Source of the DNA: Octopus vulgaris
Taxonomy: Eukaryota
Assembly: GCA_951406725.2 (NCBI GenBank)
Contig: OX597837.1
Coordinates: 22,630,001 to 22,694,000, forward strand
DNA: 64,000 nt
Direction: 5' to 3'
This document shows, piece after piece, positions 1 through 12,375 of this stretch. Positions within the stretch are counted from its first letter, which is position 1; every line of letters begins with the position of its first letter. The notes under the pieces are model-generated. The model made no database searches and was not told where the DNA came from. It saw nothing but the letters and a program-made list of their open reading frames with translations. A program made the translations under genes and the position numbers.

Positions 1-825
1 GTGTGCATAATTGACAGACTGTAAGTACCTTGAGAGAAAAGTTGAACCTAAGAAGCATCAGATGTGGTGTGCAAGAGAGACGACTGTGCTGGTATGGTCA
101 TGTGGCGAGAATGGATGAGGATAGCTGTGTGAAAAAGTGCCACAGCCAAGCAGTTGAGGGAACCTGTGAAAGAGATAGACCCAGGAAGACCTGGGATGAA
201 GTGGTGAAGCACAACCTTTGAACTATAGGCCTCACCAAGGAAATGACCAGTGACCGAGAGACTTTTGGAAATATGCTGTGCTTGAGAAGACCTGGCAAGC
301 CAAATGAGACCATAACCTCATGGCCTATGCCAACCAGCCCACTTGTACATATCTTTTCCTTCTTTGGACACTAAACTCTGCTTGTGAAGACCTGTTGAGG
401 CAAGTAAAATCAAAATCGATGACTGGCATCCATGCTAGTGGGGTGCAAAGAGCACCATATGAGTGTGATTGTTGACAGAGCGGCTAGCCGGCTTCCATGC
501 CAGTGGCACATAAAAGGCACCATTCGAGTGTGATCATTACCAGCGTCGCCTTACTGGCACTTGTGCCCCGTGCTAGTAGGGTGCTAAGAGCACCATCCGA
601 GCATGATTGTTGCCAGTACCGCCTGACTGGCCACCGTGCTGGTGGCATGAAAAAGCACCCACTACACTCTCAGAGTGGTTGGCATTAGGAAGGGCATCCA
701 GCTGTAGAAACTCTGCCAGATCAAGATTGGAGCCTGGTGCAGCCATCTGGTTTGCCAGCCCTCAGTCAAATCGTCCAACCCATGCTAGCATGGAAAGCAG
801 ACGTTAAACGATGCTGATGACGACG
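1..825 (+). mobile_element. 3' end of an RTE-clade LINE (RT C-terminus, repeated 3' UTR units, (GAT)n tail)
   Basis: ORF 30..221 RLCWYGHVARMDEDSCVKK...RPRKTWDEVV matches the RTE C-terminal WxGHVxRM...GRPRKxW motif; ends gttaaacgatgctgatgac; same family at 10340-11778 and 17951-18950. Confidence 0.85.
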
Positions 826-1068
826 TGTGAAATCAAAATTGCTGACGTGGCCAATAACAGTACCGCCTGATTGGCACTTGTGCCAGTGGAACATTAAAAG
901 CATATCCGAGTATGATCGTTGCCAGAGTCATGGATAGGCTCCCATACCGGTGGCACACGAAAAACAACATTCAAGTGTGGTCATTGCCAGTGCCACATCT
1001 GGCTCACCAGTCCTCAGTCAAACCGTCCAACCCATGCCAGCAGCGGACGTTAAACGATGATTATGATG

Positions 1069-1099
<31 letters not shown>

Positions 1100-1101
<2 letters not shown>

Positions 1102-1345
1102 CATCATCATTTAGCGTCCGCTTTTCCATGCTAGCATGGGTTGGACGGTTCAACTGGGGTCTGGGAAGCCAGAAGGCTGCACCAGGCCCCGTCTGATCTG
1201 GCAATGTTTCTATGGCTGGATGCCCTTCCTAACGCCAACCACTCCATGAGTGTAGTGGGTGCTTTTACGTGCCACCAGCACAGGTGCCAGACGAGGCTGG
1301 CAAACGGTCACAATCGGTTGGTGCTTTTTACGTGCCACCAACACA
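1100..1345 (-). mobile_element. Short element made of the RTE 3' tail ((GAT)n end)
   Basis: catcatcatttagcgtccgcttttccatgctagcatggg...gatgcccttcctaacgccaaccactc is the reverse complement of the tail at 650-825; further copies near 16140-16277, 39262-39450, 39750-40050, 57772-58410, 58728-59180, 60765-60930, 61270-61600, 62368-62552, 63700-63900. Confidence 0.8.
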
Positions 1346-1749
1346 AAAATTTTATATTATATAAAACAATACCATTAAGGATTAATACAACCACATCCAG
1401 ATTAAAAGTCCAGTGCCTATTTGGCTTCAGCCACTTAACAAGGTTAATTGATAACAACCATGTTATGAACCTCATCAATACACAAAAGTATATAAGAACA
1501 ATCATACTACGTCCACAAAATGTCAGCATCAAGCCGCGGCTTCAAAACCAAAGTGGTGTGAAGAGGAAAATATATGTACACACACACACATACTGATGCT
1601 TTACTTGAATCAGAGAGCATTACCAGTTTCATAGCTGAGTATGTCTGGAAGAATCTTTCACTCCCAACATCTTGGCAATGTCTGTAAACTGGTTTGGCAA
1701 CTCTTCCTCATCCTGTATTTTGAACTTTTCCAGCAGTTATTTGCATGAA

Positions 1750-2680
1750 AAGATGCACTGAAATGTTTTGACTAATTTGTGTTCTTGTATAATTCTGGAA
1801 CACTGAATTCCAAACCAGTCTCCTCACAGTGAAAATTGAAACTGCTTGTTATCATAGCAACTCCAGTGAATCGTTGCTGTGGGTGAAAGAATTGACAGCT
1901 ATTAGATTTCGTAAGGAGGAATTAGGGGCTGATATCACTATCACCGTACACTATTGAATTTGTTTAACCCTTTCGATACCAACCCGGCTGAAACCGGCTC
2001 TGGTTCTGTTGTACAAATGTCTTGTTTTCATAGGTTTAAAATTAAAAACTTCCATCAAACCTTAGTCACAATTTATGTTCCTAACACTAGCTTAATGATG
2101 ACTAAGTTATTTTACTAAATTCTTTGTTATATTTCGAAGTAATTGAAAGAAACACGGAGCATCTCAAAATAAATACGGTAATGAAAGGGTTAAGGGAGAT
2201 TTGCTTTGCAATCCAATGAAGATTGCTGGTAGTCCCAGCAGAATTGTCGAAATAGATGAAACTATTTTCAAAGAGAAAATAAAACAACCAGGGTTCGACT
2301 GTTACCCGAACAGTGGGTTTCCGCCAGTGTGTGTCGCGAAACTCAAGGGGTTTTGTTTACCCTTTTTGTCGTGCCCTCTCGAGATCGAAAAAAAACTTGC
2401 AGACTGTATTCAACAATCAATTCTGCCAAAAACAACCATTTACTGTCATCTGTGATGCACATACTCGCATATTCCTGAGATACCAGGGTACCATTTTCGC
2501 CACAGAATGGTGAAACACAGCATTGGAATTTGTAAGCTCGCTAGACGGAACCCATATTGAACAAGTTCTTGGGCCTGTCTGAAGCGAGGGAATAAGCAGC
2601 TCTGTGACACTCATAGCTCCATAGTGGACTTGTATCAGCAAATTTATGTGGTACGAAAAATGCAATCTCATGGAAAAAAA
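1750..2680 (+). pseudogene. Degenerate Merlin/IS1595 (ISXO2-like) DDE transposase, interrupted by a piggyBac-type MITE
   Basis: Frames read LWVKELTAIRFRKEELG..TVHY..C/LREIC, IAGSPSRIVEIDETIF, CIQQSILPKTTI, YHFRHRMVKHS and SWACLKRGNK, following the Merlin GGxxxxVEIDE...VNHS...W..KR pattern; contains stops and frameshifts. Confidence 0.75.
1968..2189. mobile_element. piggyBac-type MITE, family A (~220 bp)
   Basis: TTAA at 1964-1967 and 2190-2193; termini CCCTTTCG...GAAAGGG; related copies at ~7372-7600 (nested in a SINE), ~9008-9220 and ~43383-43610. Confidence 0.85.
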
Positions 2681-4007
2681 ATTGTTTTATTTCATCGTTG
2701 TTTTCTTTTATTTACAATCCATGAGTTTTCGTTTCAATTTGGCTGTTATTTCTAGCGAGTATAAAGCAAGACCTGTGACTATTGCAATTAATTTTATATA
2801 AACATAAATCTTCAATTGGTTGGTAGAAAACCAAAAAGATGTTCAATTTTTCTTTCCATTACATTCCATTTAGAAAAGGAAATTATACATTACTTCAAAT
2901 TGTTTTATTTGTTTTTAAAATTTAAGGTTTTGTCATGTCTTTAGTTTCAAAAATACGTCTTTCTTTCTATTTAGGGAACCTTTTGTGTTGTCACTGTCAA
3001 AAAAAATATATATATAGCTCCGCAGATAACCAATGATACACTGGTGTTGCCATGGTAACAAACATTTTCGACTTCCGCTTTTGAGGACGGACTTCTTTCA
3101 TTGGCTAAAATTACTTAACTTTAAATGCTTTTCATTTCATTTCAGTTCATTTTTCGGAAAAAATAAATATATATATATATATTAAAAAAAAAAAAAGGTT
3201 GCGATTCTCGCCACCAACATGCAAAGCTACATCAGTCAGAAAAATTCGAAAACAATCCACTGAAAACTGAATAATCTTCCAAGTCGTTGGAAGGAAACGA
3301 AAAACATCCGGATAGGGTATAATGAATCTAAGAGAGCACGCCACTCACGTCCATATCCTCTGCTAGGCTTTGCTTGTAAGACGGTCTCCCGTGACCATCC
3401 CATCTTTTTAGGGACATGAAGAAGTATATCCAATGTATCTTTATTTAAGAAGATAATGTGTGATTTGAAGGAGATTTAGCTACTATTTCTACAAGACCAA
3501 CTACCTATGCAGAAGCTCTCAAACCAAACAGCAGACAGACAGAAAGATGCATGACAGGAACATCCGAGACTGAGTCATGTATGTTCCTATGATGCATCCT
3601 AATCATTAACATAGCTGGGAGGAGAGAACGGTCCGCCCAGGGCGACACTTTTGTTGAAGGGGAGGGGTACTTTTGGGTCTGCTGTATTGGGGTGAGGAAC
3701 AGCAAACTCAAGGGCCGCACGCATTCTATCTACATCAACTGATCCGAAAGGAATTTAGAATAACAAGTTGTCGAAACTGTACGTAAACAACGATCTTCAA
3801 TGCAAAACAGAAAGGACCACACAGAAACTACATGCTGGAATCCTAAAATTCCTCCAAAAATTCTAAAGCATATAAAATGGTAATGAAGGTTTAGTTCGTC
3901 TTGGCAATCGCAGGTTCCTTCATTGTCTAACAAAGAATTATAAACTCAGCTCTACACGTGCGTAATCTCCGAATGTCGGCGAACAAATATTCTAACGTGT
4001 GCTGATG

Positions 4008-4087
4008 GGTACTACTAGCGGAAACTGGACCCGGTGCGTGCGGACGCGCGTCTGCGCGCACCGGGTCCAGTCTCCGCTAGTAGTACC
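4008..4087. mobile_element. 80-bp palindromic MITE, Merlin-like
   Basis: Near-perfect hairpin GGTACTACTAGCGG...CCGCTAGTAGTACC; 9-bp direct repeat GTGCTGATG at 3999-4007 and 4088-4096; GG..CC termini with 8-9 bp TSD are typical of Merlin. Confidence 0.8.
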
Positions 4088-4171
4088 GTGCTGATGTCTG
4101 TTAGATACACTGTAAAATGGTAATCTTAGTCGCTTAAGTAAAATGCTAGCTTGTTCAATGTTTACGTACAC

Positions 4172-4372
4172 CAGTGCTTTTCAAACTTTTTGCTGGAGCG
4201 GAACCCCAAGGAAGCATTCCACTGGCTCGAGGAACCCCTGTGCAATAATTCAATAGTCTTATGCACACATATCTGCACAGGAGAATTAAAGATTGCTGCA
4301 AATTTTAGCAGTTTTGGTAACTTCTTAGGAACCCCTGGACTGTACTGGCGGAACCCTGGTTGAAAACCACTG
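4172..4372. mobile_element. hAT (Charlie-like) MITE
   Basis: TIRs CAGTGCTTTTCAA / TTGAAAACCACTG; 8-bp TSD ACGTACAC at 4164-4171 and 4373-4380. Confidence 0.88.
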
Positions 4373-4467
4373 ACGTACACACTCGATAATTGAACAACAA
4401 TAATAATAGTTTCAAATTTTGGCACGATAATAACGGTGGTAAATAAAAAAAATACAAGAGTGTTTAC

Positions 4468-6501
4468 CTGTTTGTGCCGAAGGACCGTTTGTTTGTGAGG
4501 AGGTTGACAACGGAGCCGAAGCCGACGTGGTTCTGGTGGCAGTCGTAGCCGAGGATGAGGGAGTCGTCGGTGGAGCCTGAGTGACGGGCAGCGATAGAGG
4601 CTGGGTGAGGTCTGCAGTGTTTATATGATATAACTGTTGTCCCTGATTAGTGTTGACCAATATCTGAGTGGAGTTGGTGGCTCGGTCAGTTGATATTGAG
4701 ATAGTAGCCAGTGTGAAGTTACCAGCATTGAGGAGACTACTATCCAGACCGGCAGTGGTAGTAGTAGTGCTGGTACTGTCGGCAGACGACGTGAGACCTG
4801 TACTGGTACTGGAGGAATCGATAAATATAGGTTTGACATCGTGGTTTGAAGAATGATCGGTAGTGATAATGTTGGTGTTGTTATTGTTAGGTGTTGGGGT
4901 GGTGGTTCGCGACGGTGACTCTAGTAAAGAGGAACTAGCTAACAATTTCTGATGGGATTGTGGAGAATCTGATAGGACTGACAGTGAATCAGATAATGAC
5001 AAGGAAGATGATGGTGATGTGGTACTACACGTGGTCAACGAAGATGGACTAATGACTTCCTGTTTCGGACCAACAGATTCTTCAAATTCTATACCTTGGT
5101 CCGGCATACTCTCCAGTTCTTGAGGTGTCATAAGAGTATTGCTTTTGTCGGTTCCGACCCGTCTGAATTCCAACAGAGATGCTTCTAATGATGAAGAATT
5201 TGAAGTAGTTGTTGTAGAATAACTACTAGATGAGAGACCGGGGAAAGACGACGAACAAGGCTCCTCCGAATTATCTACTAAAAACACATTAGTAGTTGTG
5301 GCAGATGGAGTGTTGGTAGATGTTGGAGAGGAATCCGGTGGAGGAGTAATCTGCGATAGTCGAGAAGTAGAACCGGTTTCGATATCACCGACGGCCACGG
5401 AAATCTTAGCAGTGCGAGATCTATCCGGGCTCGTTCCCGAAGTCGTTACAATGTCTTCCGTGTCTGTAGCATGTTTGTTATTGTTGTTGTATAAAGCTAT
5501 GGACTCTGTTGTGGGAGGTACAAGCACATGTTCGGCACCTGTCAGAGGAGGCATGACGCTCCCAGGCTCTTCTGGACTGACGGCAAGATGTTCGTCGGCG
5601 AAAAATTCATCAACAACAATGTCTTTAGCCGCTTTGCTAGTGGAGCCCAACTCTTCTAAGGAATCCACCACTTCCTGATCGTCGGTGTGAGATTGGTCCA
5701 AATTAAAATCCACTACAGAATTCAAGTTCCGAATTCGTGACTTGAGCCACTCGCCGTTACTTCCAGCCACAGAGTGTTCACCATAGCTGTGTAAATCTTC
5801 GATTTCGTGTTCTGCCTCGTCGTCTCCATCAGCCACTTCTTCTTCGTCATCATCATCAGAGGATGAAGGTTCAGATGAGAGGTAATTTAAGCGCTCTATG
5901 ACTATTATGGAGTTGTTGCTGATGTCGGAACTTTCACAATTGGAATCAATCAAATTGCTTTTGTTATTGACTTGTTCGAGCTTCTTCTTTCTCTTCTGTT
6001 TCTGTGTTGTTACAATCCTGTTACTGCGAATGTTATTGCCTCGCTGTGATTGTACTGATGTATTGCCAACAGACCGTCGTTTCTGTCGTTTGGTTGCTCT
6101 ATGAAGCACAGAATTTGATAGAGAGAACACGGATGGAGACCGACCAGTTCTATTGTTGTGTTGTTGCTCTCCGACTGCTTCTATGCTATACGACTCTGTA
6201 CCTCTGTCGCCATCTTGGAAAGCATCTACAGTAGTGTTTCCGTTTGGTAATTGGCTATCGGTTGTTGCAGCTAAACAGTCCTGAAATACTTTCTGTGTGG
6301 ATTTAGAAGACACTGAAAGGTTGGGGTTCAATCCAGGCTTCGGTCTGCTGCTCTCAGCATGTGTACGGTAATGGGCGCCGCCATGTTGTCCCCCTTTCTG
6401 CGACATTTCAATCCCCGTGTAGAGACAGAATGCGGGGTTCACACGCACGGGATACTTAACTACGTCATCAGTCACATGACTGCGATGGCAACAAGCTCGA
6501 C
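4468..6501 (-). CDS. 2034-bp coding exon of an unidentified gene; Ser/Thr/acidic low-complexity, probably disordered N-terminal region of a nuclear protein
   Basis: 699-aa stop-free frame with higher GC than flanks; acceptor ttttggcaacAG before 6501; donor G/GTAAAC after 4468; first in-frame ATG at 6406 (MSQKGG); basic clusters KRQKRR and KQKRKKK; acidic tract SDDDDEEE; complex segment TLATISISTDRATNSTQILVNTNQGQQLYHINTADL; no downstream exons recognised in the window. Confidence 0.85.
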
Positions 6502-7069
6502 CTGTTGCCAAAATAGAAGTAGTGGGAAAATGTTTTTAAAATTGTTCTTAAAAAACAGGAAAAAAACAACAGATTTATTCCAATTAGTTATTTTATAAAA
6601 CTCCACTTTTTTCTATCTGATACTATATTTCATAATTTTAAATTACAATATTTATAATTATAGTTTTTATTGTAAAACAAAACAATTCAGTTACACTTAG
6701 AGGAAGAATTTTTGTTTTGAAGAAAAGTTCATTAGAAATATGCTTTGCAACAGACATGTATTTTTAAATGCTTTATTCTGGAAATAATTACCTATACTGA
6801 TGAATTAGTTGGGTAAAGAATTTGTTTCAGAAAAGAAAAAAAAGCAACACAAAAGACATTCTTTTTGTACTTTATTTCTTTATCATATAAGAAAATGAAA
6901 TTCCTTATCAATTTGTACAGCATCACAAATTTTATCATTGCTGTACACATTATAGACATGATTTTTTTCCCCCCATTAATTCTATGTAGGAACTAAATTA
7001 TATATTATAGAAACTATAAGGGAAAAACAATAGTTGGAATTATCTAGATAGTATATAATTATACTATCT

Positions 7070-7655
7070 TTTTCTTGTTTCAGTCATTGGACTGCAGCCA
7101 TGCTGGGACACTGCCTTGAAGGGTTTACTTGAACAAATTAACCTCTGTTATTTTTTTTGTAAGCCTAGTACTTACTCCATGGGTTTCTTTTGCTGAACTG
7201 CTAAGTTATGGAGATGTAAACAAACCAGCACTGGTTGTGAAGCAGTGATGGAGGACAATCACATATGCACACACACAAACATACACACATCATGAGCTTC
7301 TTTCAGTTTCTGGCTACCAAATCCACTCACAAAATTTTGGTCTGCCCAGGGCTACAGTGGCAGACACTTGCCTAACCCTTTTGTTACCAACCTGGCTGAA
7401 ACCGGCTCTGGCTCTGAGTACAAATGTTTTATTTTCATAAGTTTTGAATTAAAATCTTCCACCAAACCTTAGTCACAATTTAGGTTCCTAACACTAGCTG
7501 AATGATAACTAAGTTATTTTTACTAAATTCTTTGTTATATTTAAAGTAATTTAAAGAAACACAGAGCATCTCAAAATAAATACAGTAACAAAAGGGTTAA
7601 GATGCCATGCAGTGGGATGTTGTTGGTAAGCAAACTTCTATCCACACAGCCATGC
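7070..7655 (-). mobile_element. Older tRNA-derived SINE (family 1) with nested piggyBac-type MITE
   Basis: cttgtttcagtcattggactgcagccatgctggg...caaatccactcacaa; interrupted at ~7372-7600 by a CCCTTT...AAAGGG-TTAA element. Confidence 0.75.
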
Positions 7656-7924
7656 GTGCAAGCAAGTACATCATGGTAAACCATTTAACAGTACCTAAAG
7701 TTATTGAATTCCTTTTAAGTTTATTTCAAGGACCTGAAAATTATTTAATGACTTTTCCATAATACAGTTGCTTCAGTTTCAACACAGGATCACAAAATAT
7801 CATTATTCAAAGTATACTCCTTTAAGCGTAGAATAATTTATGCACTAAACAAATTGTTTTATAGAAATTTGATGACTTTAAAAGTGGTGTACAACTTATT
7901 GTGTTGTTAAACAACAATAATATT

Positions 7925-8229
7925 GCATATTCTGTTGTGTCTGGGGAGAGTCATTTTCTTTTTGTGCCTTATAATATAACACACTCACCGGTAAAATTTC
8001 CACTTTTTTTCTTATTTTTATTGTCCTAAAATTTTCGTTGCATCTTAACGGTTGCAAGACGCAACGAAAATTTTAGGACAATAAAAATAAGAAAAAAAAG
8101 TGGAAATTTTACCGGTGAGTGTGTTATATTATAAGGCACAAAAAGAAAATGACTCTCCCCAGACACAACAGAATATGCTTCAACACACAAACTCATAAAG
8201 AATCTTGCAAACCAAATCCAAAAACGAAA
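7925..8229. mobile_element. Long palindrome (~120-bp arms, 7925-8178) plus ~50-bp tail, flanked by a TSD; probably derived from a PLE pseudo-LTR
   Basis: Near-perfect inverted repeat gcatattctgttgtgtctggggagag...ctctccccagacacaacagaatatgc; direct repeat AATAATATTGCA at 7916-7927 and 8230-8241; PLE origin is inference. Confidence 0.75.
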
Positions 8230-9539
8230 AATAATATTGCAGTTATATATTATAATGGATCAGTCATGATTCTCTTAAATTCCAATGAGCAGTAATAAGG
8301 TATGATTTGAAGAAAATTTGGCTACTATATCTAACAAGGTGACCAATCTTGGTTGCCTTTAGCAAGTTGATTGTTAATTACTATCCATATCATAGATGCA
8401 TTAGACCATCTCTTATCTATAGCATCAGTGCATATATACAAGGCCAATTAGAGAATTGTCAACAGGGCCCTCTGCTCTACAAAACCTCTCAAATTGCTTA
8501 ACACTAGTCCTGCATATATGTGTTGCTCACAGACAACCATAAAATCCCAGAGATGCTTATATGTGTACTATTTGCTATGCTGTGAAATTCTCAAGATGCT
8601 TACATGCATCTTTTAACCATCCATATAGGATTTTATAGTTGTAGGTAAGAGATGCTTATATGCATCAGTGGTGTAGATAGTGTTAGAGGCACTTACCAGT
8701 AAGGTCAGTAATTTGTTTGGCATTCAGTAAAAAGAAGGAAGGGAAGTAACCATGATGTTTTGTTTCCTCAGGGCTTCCAAGACGGATTGAGAGAAAAAAA
8801 GTTGTTTACAAGCTCAAAACACAGAGCCAGGACTAACATCACAAGGTATCTTGTATGACATTCTCAACAATTCTGCCTATCTACTGCTCTTTTAAAGTCA
8901 GTGGTGGTAAGTGGTACTTTTTAAAGTCAGTGGTGGTAAGTGAATTACAAAAGAAATTCACAAAGCCCAGGAGAAATTGACTCCAAACTTGAATTTATTT
9001 TATAGTTTTAACCCTTTCGTTACTGAATTTATTTTGAGATGCTCCATATTTCTTTAAATTACTTTAAATATAACAAAGAATTTAGAAAATAACTTAGTTA
9101 TCATTCAGTTAGTGCTAGGAACATAAATTTTGGCTAAGGTTTGGTGGAAGATTTTAATTCAAAACTTATGAAAACAAGACATTTGTACTCAGAGCCAGGG
9201 TTGGTAATGAAGGGGTTAAACTTTTTATTATCAGATTTCTGTTGAGATACACTGACTTTGATTCAAGTGATTTTTAAAATAATGAAGAATTTAGTAAAAT
9301 AATCTGTCATTATGGATTTTAAATTTTGGCACAAGGCCAGCAATTTTTGTGGTGGTGGATAAGTCAACTACATCGATCCCAGTACTCAATGATGAAAGGC
9401 AATATTGTTCTGGGCAGAATTTGAACTCAGAATGGGAAGACAAATGAAATGCTTCTAAGCAATTTTCCCTACCTGTTAACGATTCTGCCAGCTCACCACC
9501 TTAATCTGTGTCATTATTGGAACAAATTAACATGAAATC

Positions 9540-9820
9540 TTAACAGAAGCATTTAATTTAGATCACTAAACGGGAGGTTTGTATCGAAGAACAAGGAGCA
9601 GTCTCAGAGATGTGTTGGTACCAAACAGGGCTGGCAATTTGCTGTGCTTGAGAAGACTTGTCAAGCCAAGTGAAATCATAATTTTTAACAGAAGCATTTA
9701 ATTCAGATCACTTTAAACAGGAGTTTTGTATCAAAGAACAAGGGACAGTCTCAGAGATGGGTTGGTACCAAAAAGGGTTGGCGATTTGCTGTGCTTGAGA
9801 AGACTTGTCAAGCCAAGTGG
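9540..9820. repeat. Tandem duplication (~145 bp x2)
   Basis: ttaacagaagcatttaatt...gagaagacttgtcaagccaagtg occurs at 9540-9672 and 9685-9820; 30-bp duplications also at ~8888-8941 and ~9881-9940. Confidence 0.85.
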
Positions 9821-10339
9821 GGTAGGGAGAGTAAAACTTATAATACCTAACAATTTGACAGCCATAACCCCAATGATAATTTGAAATATATAGGTACATT
9901 TTAGAGAGTTTTGAAATATATAGGTATATTTTAGAGAGTTTTTTTCACAAAAAATCAGAATAATTTCAGTATTTCTGTCTGAAATGTAATGGAAAATAGG
10001 TCAGTTTCAAAACATTGATGTTTAGGTCACAAAACAAAGTTTGAAGGGAATGTTAGTGATTTCCTTTGATTTCTAGATAGAAGCAAATAGGAAATAACAC
10101 TGACCAAAGACAGAAAGAAAGAAAATATTTATAAATTTTGTTACACAATGTAATAAACATGATATATACATAAACATTTTTATAAAAATACATATAAACA
10201 CGTATATAAACATACTTACTGAGAGCGAGAAAGAGAGACGGAGAGAGAGATGTGAACACTACATAGCCCAAACTTTGAACTGTTAACCTTTTCTTTGTAA
10301 AAACACTGTGTGTGTGTGTGTACAAATGAATGCACACAC

Positions 10340-11778
10340 ATCATCATCAGCATCATCATTTTGCGTCCATTTTCCATGCTAGCATGGGTTGGATGGTTCG
10401 ACTGGGGTCTGGGAAGCCAGGAGGCTGCACCAGGCTCCAGTCTGATCTAGCAATGTTTCTACAGCTGGATGCCCTTCCTAGCGCCAACCACTCCGTGAGT
10501 GTAGTGGGTGCTTTTTACGTGCCACCGGCACAGGGGCTAGGTCAGGCTGGCAATGGCCACGTTCGGTTGGTGCTTTTTACGTGCCACCGGCACAGAGGCC
10601 AGTCAAGGCAGTACTGACAACAGCCACGTTCGGATGGATCTTTTTATGTGCCACCGGCACTGGTATCACAACTACAATTTCCATTGATTTTTTGATCGAT
10701 TTTGATTTCACTTGCCTCAACAGGTACTTTGCAAGCAGAGTTTTGTGTCCCAAGGAGGAAAGGTATGCATAAGTGGATTGGCTACATCCCAGGTAAAGGC
10801 CACGGGTTATGGTCTCACTTGTCCTGCCAGGTCTTCTCACGCACAGCATATTTCCAAAGGTCTCGGTCACTAGTCATTGCCTCAGTGAGACCTAATGTTC
10901 AAAGGTTGTGCTTCACCACCTCGTACCAGGTCTTCCTGGGTCTACCTCTTCCACAGGTTCCCTCAACCACTAGGGTGTGGCACTTTTTCACACACCTATC
11001 TTCATCCATTCTCGCCACATGACCATACCATCGCAAACGTCTAGGTCCAACTTTTCTCTCAAGGTACTTACACTCTGTTGAGTATGAACACTGACATTAC
11101 ACATCCATCGGAGCATACTTGCTTCATTTCTTGCGAGCTTACGCATGTCCTCAGTAGTCACAGCCCATGTTTCACTGCCGTGTAGCATGGCTGTTCGTAC
11201 ACGTGCACCATACAGTCTACCTTTTACTCTGAGCTGAGGCCCTTTGTCACCAGCAGAGGTAATAGCTCTCTGAACTTTGCCCAGGCTATTCTTACTCTAG
11301 CAGCTACACTTTCAGCACACCCACCCTCGCTACTGACTTGGTCACCTAGGTAACGGAAGCTATCAACTACTTCTAGTTTTTCTCCCTAGAATGTGGCAGA
11401 AGATGGTCTCTGCACATTTTCAGTGTTTATTGCTCCTGAGCATCTGCCACATACAAAAACTATCTTCCCAGTTAGCCTTCCTTTGATATTACTGCACCTC
11501 TTATGTGTCCATAGCTTACACTGGGTACATCTTATAGAGTTTCTACCTAGGCCTTTTCTACAGATTGAGCAGGGCCGTCTACCTGAAGGCGTTTGTGATT
11601 TGTCTGCCTTCTTACTTACTAGGACTTTGGTTTTAGCTAGGTTGACTCTAAGGCCCTTCGATTCTAATCCTTGCTTCGACACCTGAAACTCCTCCAGTTC
11701 TGATAGTGACTCAGCAATTAGAGCAGGGTCATCAGCATAGAGGAGCTCTCAGGGGCATCCTGTCTTGAATTTCTCTGT
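10340..11778 (-). mobile_element. 5'-truncated RTE LINE (RT with YADD motif, Cys-rich insert, C-terminus, 3' tail)
   Basis: Minus frames GCP*ELLYADD.ALIAESLSEL, GLESKGLRVNLAKTKVLVS, CSICRKG...CTQCKLWTHKRCS, MLHGSETWAVT; (GAT)n tail at ~10340-10360. Confidence 0.9.
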
Positions 11779-11779
11779 T

Positions 11780-11817
<38 letters not shown>

Positions 11818-11957
11818 CACATATATATGTACATTATGTATAAACATAGCATGCATAGCATTTTGACTTTATATATGTGATATGCATTACATATGGATAC
11901 ACATCACATATCCATTGCGCATGCATACAAACTTTTTATGCATATATATTTTTTTTT

Positions 11958-12286
11958 CTAGACCCCCTTCGGTCAGGCACTGACCATGGGTTTGCACCTA
12001 GAGAGATGCCCTCTGAGGCACAAGTCTGGGCAAGGTTGTTTTTATGGAAGACCAGCAGTCGCCCATGCATACCGGCCTCCCCTCTCCACGTCACCGATGT
12101 TGTCCAAGGGAAAGGCAGGGGCCGATACAGCTTGGCACCTGTGACGTCGCAACTCATTTCTACAGCTGAGTGAACTGGAGCAATGTGAAATAAAGTGCCT
12201 TGCTCAAGAACACAACACGCAGCCCCGTCCGGGATTCGAGCTCACAACCTCACGATCGTAAGCTCGACGCTCTAACCACTGAGCCA
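11958..12286 (-). mobile_element. tRNA-derived SINE, family 2
   Basis: Head GGCTCAGTGGTTAGAGCG (A box)...GAGCTCGAATCCC (B box); 3' end ccgaagggggtct; copies at ~38030-38360(+), ~49553-49850(-), ~55580-55892(+); variants at ~50480-50676(-) and ~56604-56870(+). Confidence 0.85.
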
Positions 12287-12375
12287 TATATATATATATA
12301 ACCAGTGAATAAATTTCACTGAAAATATATATTTACAAAGCGGTTGCAGCCATCTCAGCTAGCAGGACTTACTAC

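Noticed and set aside
3730-3960. Possible pogo/CENP-B HTH remnant or further exon of the minus-strand gene
   Set aside because: Similarity too weak, with stops in the candidate frames and no convincing splice sites
5298-6598. Plus-strand ORFs overlapping the large exon
   Set aside because: Antisense shadows of the coding exon, with no independent signals
12210-12286. tRNA gene (also the heads of the other SINEs)
   Set aside because: A and B boxes continue into multi-copy SINE bodies; no complete cloverleaf with terminator
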